DNA of 64,000 nt, taken from NCBI GenBank assembly GCA_965228875.1, contig OZ245843.1:1904616-1968615 (forward strand). Direction: 5' to 3'. The notes under the pieces are model-generated. The model was given only the letters and a program-made list of their open reading frames with translations, was not told the origin of the DNA and did not search any database. Shown piece by piece: positions 17,695 to 25,623 of this stretch (position 1 is its first letter; each line of letters opens with the position of its first letter). The stretch comes from Thalassobaculaceae bacterium. GTDB lineage: Bacteria > Pseudomonadota > Alphaproteobacteria > Thalassobaculales > Thalassobaculaceae. A program made the translations under genes and the position numbers.

Positions 17695-19596
17695 ATGTCG
17701 ACCCCGGCCCAGAGCGACCCCGCGGAGATTGCCGCACGCCACCTGAACGCCGGACGGTTCGCCGCGGCGCAGGCGCTCTACAACGACATGCTGGCCCGCA
17801 ACCCGTCCGATCCCCGCGCGATCGGCGGGCTGGGCGCCATCGCGCTGCAGTCCGGCGATGCCAGCCGCGCGATGGCCCTGTTCGCCGAGGCAAGCAGGAT
17901 CGCCCCGCGCGACGCCCAGACCGCCCTGAACCTCGGTGTCGCCTACCAGGCACAGGGTAAGCGGGAAGAGGCGGAGCTGTGCTTTCGACGCGCCGTCGAG
18001 CTGGACGACACCCTCCCCTCGGCCCATGGCAACCTGGCCGCCCTGCTCGCCGCTAGGGGGGAACGCGAGGCGGCGGCCCGCAGTCTGGCCCGGGCGATCG
18101 ACCTTGCGCCCAACTCGCCGGAGTTCCGCTACAACCACGCCAACCTGATGCTGTCGGCGGGAGCCCACGGCGCCGCGATCCGTGGTTATGAGGATGCCCT
18201 TGCCCTCGACCCGGATCACGTCGCCTCGCGCAACAACCTCGCCCTGGCCCTGAAACAGACCGGCGATCTGAAAGGCGCGGTCCATCATCTGACCGAAGCC
18301 CGGATGCGCGAGCCGGGACATCCCGAGATTCAGATCAACCTGGCGGACACGCTGTCCCGTCTCGACCGCCACGAAGAGGCGATCGCCCTGGCCAGGAACG
18401 CGGCGACGCTGTCGCCGGCCAACGCGCTGCTGCGCTCGGGATATGGCGTCGTCCTGATGAACGCCGGCCGCCTGGACGAAGCCCTGCGCGAACTGAGCGC
18501 CGCGGTGAAGGCGGCACCACGAGATCCGACCGCGCCGCTGCATATGGTTTCTCTCCTGCGCCGCCAGGACCGGCTGGACGCCGCCCTCACCGCCGCGCGG
18601 CGCGCAGCGGGACTGAGCGAGCGGCCGGGGGTCGCGCACCTCGCCGAGGGTGAGATCCTGCTCGCTCTCGGGCGGTTCGAGGAGGCGTGGAGCGCCATCG
18701 ACCGGGTGGCGGCCGCCTCGCCGACGGACGGCATCCTCGCCACCCCGTTCGATCCTGCCTCCCTGTCGGGGCAGCGGCTGCGGGTCGTTGTGCTGGAGCC
18801 GTCCTCGCTGTTCTTCGCGGCCCGCCTTCTGCCCGACGTGGCCCGGGCCTGCGTGGCTGTCGAGGTGATCTGTCCGCCCACGCTCGAACGGATCGCGGCG
18901 TGTATTCCAGGCGTGGCGACGGTCACCGCCCGGGCGACCATCGACCTCGACGCCTTGAGACGGGCGGGCGAGCCGCTGTGTCTGGCCAACGACCTGCCGC
19001 GCCTGTTGCGGGCGACACCCGATCACGGCCCCGATGACGGCCCCGACTATGGCCCCGACTATGGCCCAGACTATGGCCCAGACTATGGCGATGCGCGTCC
19101 GGCCATCGTTCTTCCCGACACGGCCGCGGAACGGTACCGGTCCCGGCTGGAGGCCACAACGGGGCCGAAGGTCGGCCTGTGGTGGGAATCGGGATCCGGC
19201 ATTCTGGACCCGAACCCACCGTTCGAAGCCGTCGGCGGCACGCCGGTCATCCTGCAGATCGGCGCCCCCCGCCGCGCCCTCGGCGATCCGCGTCGGCCGG
19301 CGATCGATCTGTCCGATGCGATCGGCGACTTTCACGACCTGGCGGCCGCGATCTCCCTGCTCGATGGCGTTGTGACCGTCGACGGGCCGGTCGCCCACCT
19401 GGCCGCGGCGATGGGCAGGCGTGTCTGGGTCCTGGTCGGTGTCGACCGCCCCTGGGTCTGGCGCGGACCGGCGGACCGGCCCTGGTGGTACCCGTCCGCC
19501 AGGCCGATCCTGCAGGCGCCGGACGGGTCCTGGCAGTCGGCGGTCGCGGCGCTGGGGGCGGCCACGTCGGCAGCCGTCGAGGAGGCTCGGCCCTGA
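17695..19596 (+). CDS. TPR-repeat protein with a C-terminal GT9-like glycosyltransferase domain (degenerate)
   Basis: Many TPRs (LNLGVAY, HGNLAALL, NNLALAL); KVGLWW, DFHDLAAAISLLDGVVTVDGPVAHLAAAMG, PWWYPS. Confidence 0.8.
   Translation: MSTPAQSDPAEIAARHLNAGRFAAAQALYNDMLARNPSDPRAIGGLGAIALQSGDASRAMALFAEASRIAPRDAQTALNLGVAYQAQGKREEAELCFRRAVELDDTLPSAHGNLAALLAARGEREAAARSLARAIDLAPNSPEFRYNHANLMLSAGAHGAAIRGYEDALALDPDHVASRNNLALALKQTGDLKGAVHHLTEARMREPGHPEIQINLADTLSRLDRHEEAIALARNAATLSPANALLRSGYGVVLMNAGRLDEALRELSAAVKAAPRDPTAPLHMVSLLRRQDRLDAALTAARRAAGLSERPGVAHLAEGEILLALGRFEEAWSAIDRVAAASPTDGILATPFDPASLSGQRLRVVVLEPSSLFFAARLLPDVARACVAVEVICPPTLERIAACIPGVATVTARATIDLDALRRAGEPLCLANDLPRLLRATPDHGPDDGPDYGPDYGPDYGPDYGDARPAIVLPDTAAERYRSRLEATTGPKVGLWWESGSGILDPNPPFEAVGGTPVILQIGAPRRALGDPRRPAIDLSDAIGDFHDLAAAISLLDGVVTVDGPVAHLAAAMGRRVWVLVGVDRPWVWRGPADRPWWYPSARPILQAPDGSWQSAVAALGAATSAAVEEARP
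19018..19089 (+). repeat. In-frame 12-bp tandem repeat, 6 copies, encoding PD(H/D/Y)G
   Basis: CCCGATCACGGC CCCGATGACGGC CCCGACTATGGC x2 CCAGACTATGGC x2. Confidence 0.9.
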
Positions 19597-19961
19597 TGCT
19601 GACCGAATACGACTGGTATCCGCCGTTGGACGACCTGCCCGAGGCGGGCGTCCTCCTCCTCGGTGGCATCCGCCCGCTGATCCCAGGCGTTGTCGAGCAT
19701 ATCCGGACCGGCAGGACAGATGTCACGCCGGAAGTCGGTGGGGACGCCGATCTCGGCGCCGGTCTCGGGCGTTGCCGGTTCACCCTGCGCAGCACCGGTG
19801 CGCGCTCCACCCTGCACGGCCCCCGCGAGGCACTGTCCTTCGACTTCAGGGGGAATGCGACGATCGCGGGCAGATCCCAGGCGTTTGCCGGTCGGTGCAC
19901 CGTCGATGTGCAGACGTCCGCCATCCTCGACCTGCGTCTCTCGACCCCCGTGGAGGTCTGA
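19596..19961 (+). CDS. Hypothetical protein, 121 aa
   Basis: ATG overlaps the upstream stop (TGATG) with RBS GGAGG; MLTEYDWYPPLDDLPE... Confidence 0.7.
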   Translation: MLTEYDWYPPLDDLPEAGVLLLGGIRPLIPGVVEHIRTGRTDVTPEVGGDADLGAGLGRCRFTLRSTGARSTLHGPREALSFDFRGNATIAGRSQAFAGRCTVDVQTSAILDLRLSTPVEV

Positions 19962-19972
19962 CGCCTCCACCG

Positions 19973-20371
19973 TCAGCTGATGATGAGCACCGACAGCTGG
20001 CTCGGCGAAAGAGTCGCGCCGACCATGTTCGGGCTCAACCCGTTGGCGCCGGTCATCGCCAGCATCTTGGTCGCCGGCGCGACGCCGGTGAAGACCTTGA
20101 CCGAACCGAGCAGGGTCGAGTGCGGCCCCATGGTCATGCCCGACGCCACACCGAGGAGCAGTCCCGCATTGTCGCCCATGGAAACGGTGCCGTAGGTGAG
20201 CTGGTTGTGGGCGTTCATCACGCTGATGAACTGATTGTAGACGGTCGGAACCGCCACCGAGGTGAGTGCGATATTGGGATAGGGAAGCGGCACGACCGCC
20301 GGCCCCACCGTGGTGTTGCAGCAGTCGGGAAAGGCGAAGTTGACCGCCGGGCTCTGGGTGCTGGCGAACAT
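19973..20371 (-). CDS. DUF4150 (PAAR-like, PIPY-motif) spike-tip protein
   Basis: FAFPDCCNT..VVPLPYPNIA..SMGDNAG..GVASG..PSQLSVLI; RBS AGGAGG. Confidence 0.9.
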   Translation of the reverse strand: MFASTQSPAVNFAFPDCCNTTVGPAVVPLPYPNIALTSVAVPTVYNQFISVMNAHNQLTYGTVSMGDNAGLLLGVASGMTMGPHSTLLGSVKVFTGVAPATKMLAMTGANGLSPNMVGATLSPSQLSVLIIS

Positions 20372-20384
20372 GCGCGGTCCTCCT

Positions 20385-21476
20385 TCAGACCTGCCTGGGC
20401 CGTCGGGCCCTGAGCTGGCGCTCGGCCACGACGGCATCGTAGTTCTCGGCCAGGGCCAGCCGGTCGTTGGTGCCGTAGCGCTGAGCCGCCAGGGCATCCC
20501 ACAGAACACCGGTCTCGGTGGCGCCGTGCAGATCCAGGCGATAGACGCCCGCGCCCCGGAAGTCGGCGCCGGTGAGATCGGCATGGGCCGCGACGGCGGT
20601 GGTGAGATCGGCGCGCCGGAACGTCGCCGCCTGCGCCTTGGCCCCCTTGAGGAACGCCTGCTCCATCAGACAGCCATCGAAACGCGCCCCCGCTATGTCG
20701 CTGCCCTGCATGATCGCGAAACGGAGGTCGGCTCCGGAGAAATCGGCACCCCGGGCGTCGGCGTCGGCGAACAGCGTGTTGGCCGCCGAAGCACGGACCA
20801 GGCTGGCTCCCTCCATCCTGGCCTGCATGAAGGAGGCGAACGACAGGTTCGCATCGGTCAGGTCGACCCGGGTCAGGTCCGCGCCCTGGAAATTGCAGTT
20901 GGTCAGGCTGCGGCCGGAGAAGTCCATGCCCGACAGGTTGGCGTTCACGAACAGCACCTTGTCGAACCGCGTCCGCTCGAACCCGCAGGACCGCAGGTCG
21001 GCATCGGCCAAGGCCATCGTTGACAGCTCGGCGTCGCTGAAATCGGCGCCGTCCACCGGACACTCGATGACGGCGAACTTGAACAGCTTCGCGCCGGCGA
21101 GGCGGACGTGCGACAGGTCGCTCTGGACGATCGTCACCTGGCTCATGCCGGCCGCCGACCAGTCGCCGCCGGTGACGGGCGACCGGATGACGCTCGTCAT
21201 CTCCAGCGACGCGCCAGACAGGGAAAGGCGGCTGCCCTCGCACTCGACCAGCGAGACCTTGTTCAGCGACGCGCCGGCCAGCGTCGCCCCGCCCAGCCTG
21301 CACCGTACGAACTGGACGTCCGACAGTGTCGCGCCGGACAGATCGGCTCCGGTCAGGTCGCACTCGATCAGCATGCCGCCGGGCAGGGAGCGGCCCGCCA
21401 GCGCCACGCCGCGCAGGTCCTCCCGCAGGATCTGGGCGCCGGCGTCGGCGGCTTCGAGCAGCTCTTCAGGTGACAC
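20385..21476 (-). CDS. Pentapeptide-repeat protein (TagB-like)
   Basis: Almost entirely A(D/N)L/Fxx repeats; overlaps the stop of the upstream DUF2169 gene. Confidence 0.85.
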   Translation of the reverse strand: MSPEELLEAADAGAQILREDLRGVALAGRSLPGGMLIECDLTGADLSGATLSDVQFVRCRLGGATLAGASLNKVSLVECEGSRLSLSGASLEMTSVIRSPVTGGDWSAAGMSQVTIVQSDLSHVRLAGAKLFKFAVIECPVDGADFSDAELSTMALADADLRSCGFERTRFDKVLFVNANLSGMDFSGRSLTNCNFQGADLTRVDLTDANLSFASFMQARMEGASLVRASAANTLFADADARGADFSGADLRFAIMQGSDIAGARFDGCLMEQAFLKGAKAQAATFRRADLTTAVAAHADLTGADFRGAGVYRLDLHGATETGVLWDALAAQRYGTNDRLALAENYDAVVAERQLRARRPRQV

Positions 21477-24400
21477 GGCCGGGCCTCGCAAAAACGGTCC
21501 GGTTCAGATTGGCGCCCGTCAGGTCGCAGAATGCCAGATCCGCCTCGTCCAGATTGGCCGAGAACAGGTTCGCCCGGCGCAGGCTGGCATGGCCGAGCCT
21601 CACACGCCGGGCCTGTGCCTCGAACAGGTTGGCGGCGGCGAGGTCGGCCCGCTCCAGGGTGGCGAAGGAAAGGTTGGCACGCTTGAACGAGGCGCGCGGC
21701 AGGAGCGCGTCGGTCAGGTCAGCCTCTCCCAGATCGCTCTCGTCGAGCCGGGCCGAGGAGAAGTCCGCCCCCACCAGGCTCGCCTGCCGCCAGCCGGAGC
21801 GCGGGGCGACCAGGTCGCGGAACCGGCCGCCATCGAACCGCACACCGCCGATCATCGCGCAGTCGGCCAGTTCGGCCTCGGTGAAGTCGGCGTTGTCCGC
21901 GGTGACCGAGACCATCAGGCATTTGCTCATCCGGGCCTTGCGTGCCGACAGACCGGCGAGATCGATCTCGATGAACATGGTGCGCGTCAGTCGGGCACCG
22001 TCGAGCACGACGCCCTTCAGCTCCGACTGGATGAACATCAGTCCCTCCATCTCCGCCCCTGAGAGATCCGCCCCGTTCAGGGTCGCGGAGAGCACCTGGG
22101 TTCCGGAGAAGCGGGCGCCTGAAAGCACCGCATCGCTGAGATCCGCCGACATCAGCCGGACGTCGCGCAGATCGGCCCGTGCGAAGACTGCCCCGCGGGC
22201 GCCGACGCCTGACAGGTTCGCGCCGGTCAGGATGGCCCCGGTCAGGTCGGCGCCGCCCAAGCGAGCGCCGGTGAGGACCGCCGAACCGAGGTTCGACGCC
22301 GTGAGCCGGGCGCCGGTCAGGTCAGCCTGCTCGAGCTTGACGCCGCGCAGATCGAGGCCCGACAGATCGGCACCGACAAGGCTCGCTCCGGCGAGATCGC
22401 GGCCGGCAAGCGACTCCCCTCGTCCTCTGAGCTCCAGAACCAACGCGCCGAGGTCGAGGGAGACCGCCTGCGCCATGTCCGTCAGGGGAAAAATCGCCGC
22501 CGGACTGAGAAGCCGCGCCTTGCCGAGTCCCTCGTCGACCTTCTCCGCCGCGTCCGCCAGTTCGAGCCTGGCCTTGTCGACACCGTCATCCAGACCGGCG
22601 GACGGTTCCACAGTCGCCGCGACGCCCATCATATGGGCGGCGAACGGCGATTTCCCGGCCACCTCTCTCAGCGCGTCTCCCGCCTGCTCCATCGCCATCC
22701 GCCCGTCGCCGGAACCGCCCGGCGGCGGTGCATCGCCGGAGAGGCCGCCGGCGATCGCCGCCAGGAACGCCTCCGGATCCTCGATGTCGACCGGCCCGGT
22801 CGCGGAATCGGATGTCGGTGGGGCATTCAGCTTGGCGGCAAGGTCCGGCACCTGCGAACCGGGCGGGGCGCCGTCCAGGGAGGCGGTCAGCGCATCGGCG
22901 GACAGCTTGTCGAGTTCGGTGCGGGCCGGCGCCAGCAGGCTGCCCTCGGGCAGACCGAGCGCCCGGGCCCGGGCCAGCATGATCTCGGTCTCGATATCGC
23001 CCCCATCTCCGGCCTCATCGAGGGAGTCGATGGCCGCCCTCAGCGCGTCCATCTTCTCGTCCGGCAGGCCCTGGGCGATCTCCTCGAGGACCTCGTCGCC
23101 CGAGCGCATTCCCGCTTCGAGTTCGGGCATCGATGGAACCGACGGGTCGGGGCCGGACAGGTCGGGGGCGTTCGCGCCGGGGAGCGCAGCCCCGGCCGGC
23201 GCCATCTTCGCCATGGCGCCGGCGACCGACTGCGCCGCCGACGCGAGTTTCGCCGCCTTCGCGGCCGGGATCAGTCCCTTGGTCTGCCGCTGAACCCGGT
23301 CCAGCCAGGCGGCGGTATCGCCAAGGGCCTGCGTCTTCGCGGTATTGAGCCGGCCCATCGCATAGGCTTCGATGTCCTTCGCCGCCTTGACGACGCCCGC
23401 CACGTCGACCTCCATCCGAGACAGGGCCTGAGGCGTGATGACCGGTACCTTGACGGGCAGCGGTGGCGGCTTGGGGATCGCCACGGAAGGCGGCGGCGGC
23501 AGACCGGCTGCCCTGAACGCACCCAGGATCGCCAGCTCCGCCCGCTTCTCGCGCTTCCGCTCGGCCTCGGCTTCGGCCGCAGCCTCCTCCTGCGCCCGCT
23601 CGGCGACCTGATCCGCGGTCAGATCCGGACGCAGCGGTTTCTCGTCGAAGAACTTGAGCGCGGCGGTCTTCGAGTCGGTCCGCTCGCGAAACGCCGCAAT
23701 GTAGTGCTCCACCGATCGCGGCTGCTCACCCATCCGCTCGTAGACCAGCATGGTGTCCCGGACGTCCAGCCCGTCGATGTCGCGGATCTCGCAGCCGCCG
23801 CGGTAGATCACGACCCCCTTGAGCAGTGAGGGAAACAACCAGACGGTCTCGCAGCGCAGGGAGATCTCGCGGAACTCGGTCTCACCCCCATTCGCGCCGC
23901 CGGCCAGTCTTTCCTTCGCGAGGTTGAGGAAGGCCCGCGCCCGCATACCCGGCAGTCGGCTGCGGATAATCTGATGCTCCGGGTGCATGTTGGTGACCCG
24001 GATCGCTTCATCGCCGCGCAGGTAGCCGGCGAACCGCTGGTCCGGTGCCGCGTTATGATAGAAGGACCAGTCGAAATCGAGCGGATGCCCGGGAAACTGG
24101 TCGCGAATGTAGGAGTGGTCGACCGTGCCGGCGTGTCTGGTCCGCGCGGGATGGTCGATCGCCAGTGGGCGCAGTCCAGCCGGCTCGGGCCGGTCGCCGA
24201 TCGCCAGGATGAGAGCGTCCGGGTGCTCGACGTTGGGAAGCGGCGCCGGGCGGCCCTCGCGGATCGCCGTTTCCGCGCCCGCGCCCCTGCCCGCCGGGTT
24301 CGCCGCGACGCCGTCGCCGCCGAACGCGTTCTCCCATGTCAGCGGCATCCGCGCGAACGCGGCGGGCCTGGAGAACACGGGACCTTTGTCCGTGTGCATC

Positions 24401-24723
24401 CACTCTCGATCGCCGAAAACCGCCAGGCGCTTGGCGACCGCGCCCAGTTGAACGTCGACGATGCACTGATGCACCGTGTCGCCTGCGGGGGCGCAGGCAT
24501 CTCCGGCGACCAGGAGTTCGCCGGCCGGCTTCGGCATGCAGAGATCAAGCATGTCGTTGCCGAGGGCCGGCGCCACGGTCGACCACATCTCGGTCTCCAG
24601 TCCGAAATCGTCCGGCGCGAGCAGATCGAAGTACCCCAGGGCCGCCGCGAAGTAATAAACTTTTGGTGGCTGGCGATGCGTCCGCGCAAGAAGCCCCATT
24701 CGCAGCGGCTTCACGATCGACAT
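21466..24723 (-). CDS. DUF2169 plus pentapeptide-repeat protein (TagAB-like T6SS adaptor)
   Basis: LDLCMPKPAGELLVAG, VFGDREW, WENAFGG, FYHNAAPDQ, NMHPEH, ETVWLFP; C-terminal pentapeptide repeats. Confidence 0.9.
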   Translation of the reverse strand: MSIVKPLRMGLLARTHRQPPKVYYFAAALGYFDLLAPDDFGLETEMWSTVAPALGNDMLDLCMPKPAGELLVAGDACAPAGDTVHQCIVDVQLGAVAKRLAVFGDREWMHTDKGPVFSRPAAFARMPLTWENAFGGDGVAANPAGRGAGAETAIREGRPAPLPNVEHPDALILAIGDRPEPAGLRPLAIDHPARTRHAGTVDHSYIRDQFPGHPLDFDWSFYHNAAPDQRFAGYLRGDEAIRVTNMHPEHQIIRSRLPGMRARAFLNLAKERLAGGANGGETEFREISLRCETVWLFPSLLKGVVIYRGGCEIRDIDGLDVRDTMLVYERMGEQPRSVEHYIAAFRERTDSKTAALKFFDEKPLRPDLTADQVAERAQEEAAAEAEAERKREKRAELAILGAFRAAGLPPPPSVAIPKPPPLPVKVPVITPQALSRMEVDVAGVVKAAKDIEAYAMGRLNTAKTQALGDTAAWLDRVQRQTKGLIPAAKAAKLASAAQSVAGAMAKMAPAGAALPGANAPDLSGPDPSVPSMPELEAGMRSGDEVLEEIAQGLPDEKMDALRAAIDSLDEAGDGGDIETEIMLARARALGLPEGSLLAPARTELDKLSADALTASLDGAPPGSQVPDLAAKLNAPPTSDSATGPVDIEDPEAFLAAIAGGLSGDAPPPGGSGDGRMAMEQAGDALREVAGKSPFAAHMMGVAATVEPSAGLDDGVDKARLELADAAEKVDEGLGKARLLSPAAIFPLTDMAQAVSLDLGALVLELRGRGESLAGRDLAGASLVGADLSGLDLRGVKLEQADLTGARLTASNLGSAVLTGARLGGADLTGAILTGANLSGVGARGAVFARADLRDVRLMSADLSDAVLSGARFSGTQVLSATLNGADLSGAEMEGLMFIQSELKGVVLDGARLTRTMFIEIDLAGLSARKARMSKCLMVSVTADNADFTEAELADCAMIGGVRFDGGRFRDLVAPRSGWRQASLVGADFSSARLDESDLGEADLTDALLPRASFKRANLSFATLERADLAAANLFEAQARRVRLGHASLRRANLFSANLDEADLAFCDLTGANLNRTVFARPGRVT

Positions 24724-24984
24724 TGCGGACTTCCAGGCGTCATCGCGTTCATGGCGGGTTTAAAGCTACACCAGGGTTTCACATTAGGTACGAGAATAAT
24801 TTGAACTTTAGGGTGCCGAATGCTTGCCGGTCTATCGAGCGAGTTGCCATAGTATTGCCGCTTGCAATGCCCCGTATGAACAGGCACACCGCACTATAAG
24901 AGGGTGCCCATCGCCGAGTCGAACATCGACAACCACCTATTGTAATCATGGCGCGCGAGCGCAACGACAAGGAAGGGATCAGAT

Positions 24985-25491
24985 ATGCCGACGCCAGCTT
25001 ATATGACCATCGAGGGTGCCAATCAGGGTGACATCTCCTCCGGTGCGATGTCTGCCGACTCCGTCGGTACGCTCTCCGTCTCCAGCCAGGAGAACACGAT
25101 CCAGATCCAGCAGTTCGAGCTGGGCGTGACGATCCCGACCGATCCGCAGAGCGGCCAGCCCACCGGCCGACGCATGCATCACGGCGCGACGATCGTGAAG
25201 TACATGGACAAGGCCTCGCCGATGCTGCTGCAGGCGATCGCGACCGGCGAGCAGCTGACCAAGGTGGCGATCTCCTTCTACCGCACCTCGACCACCGGTT
25301 CGCAGGAGAAGTACTACACGGTCGAGCTCGAGGAGGCGACGCTGGTCGGCCTGCGGCCGTATTTCCAGAATGCTCTCGATCCTGACAGCTCGAATTACGC
25401 GCACATGGAAGAGCTGAAGGTCACCTACAAGCGGATCACGGTGACACACGAGGTCGCCGGCACGTCGGGTAGCGACAGCTGGGACGACTGA
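24985..25491 (+). CDS. hcp: T6SS tube protein Hcp
   Basis: MPTPAYMTIEG..QG.I, PTDPQSGQPTGRRMH, DKASPML, HMEEL.V.YKRI. Confidence 0.97.
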   Translation: MPTPAYMTIEGANQGDISSGAMSADSVGTLSVSSQENTIQIQQFELGVTIPTDPQSGQPTGRRMHHGATIVKYMDKASPMLLQAIATGEQLTKVAISFYRTSTTGSQEKYYTVELEEATLVGLRPYFQNALDPDSSNYAHMEELKVTYKRITVTHEVAGTSGSDSWDD

Positions 25492-25510
25492 TCCCCCATT
25501 ATCACGGACG

Positions 25511-25543
25511 AAACGGCGGCGATCCGAAAGGTCGCCGCCGTTT
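25511..25543. terminator. Bidirectional terminator between hcp and tssH
   Basis: AAACGGCGGCGA...TCGCCGCCGTTT stem-loop. Confidence 0.7.
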
Positions 25544-25623
25544 GCATTTCAGGATCGCATTGCCGCAACGGCCGCCGCGCGTTCCCGTCGGACGAAACGC
25601 CCGCGCGCCACTTCCGACCCGCT

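Noticed and set aside
19018..19089. Possible CRISPR array
   Set aside because: Contiguous 12-bp in-frame units with no spacers and no cas genes
24724..24984. Sigma-54 promoter for hcp or DUF2169
   Set aside because: Only a weak GG-N10-GC match (minus strand CGGCAATACTATGGCA), and no enhancer-binding protein gene in the cluster
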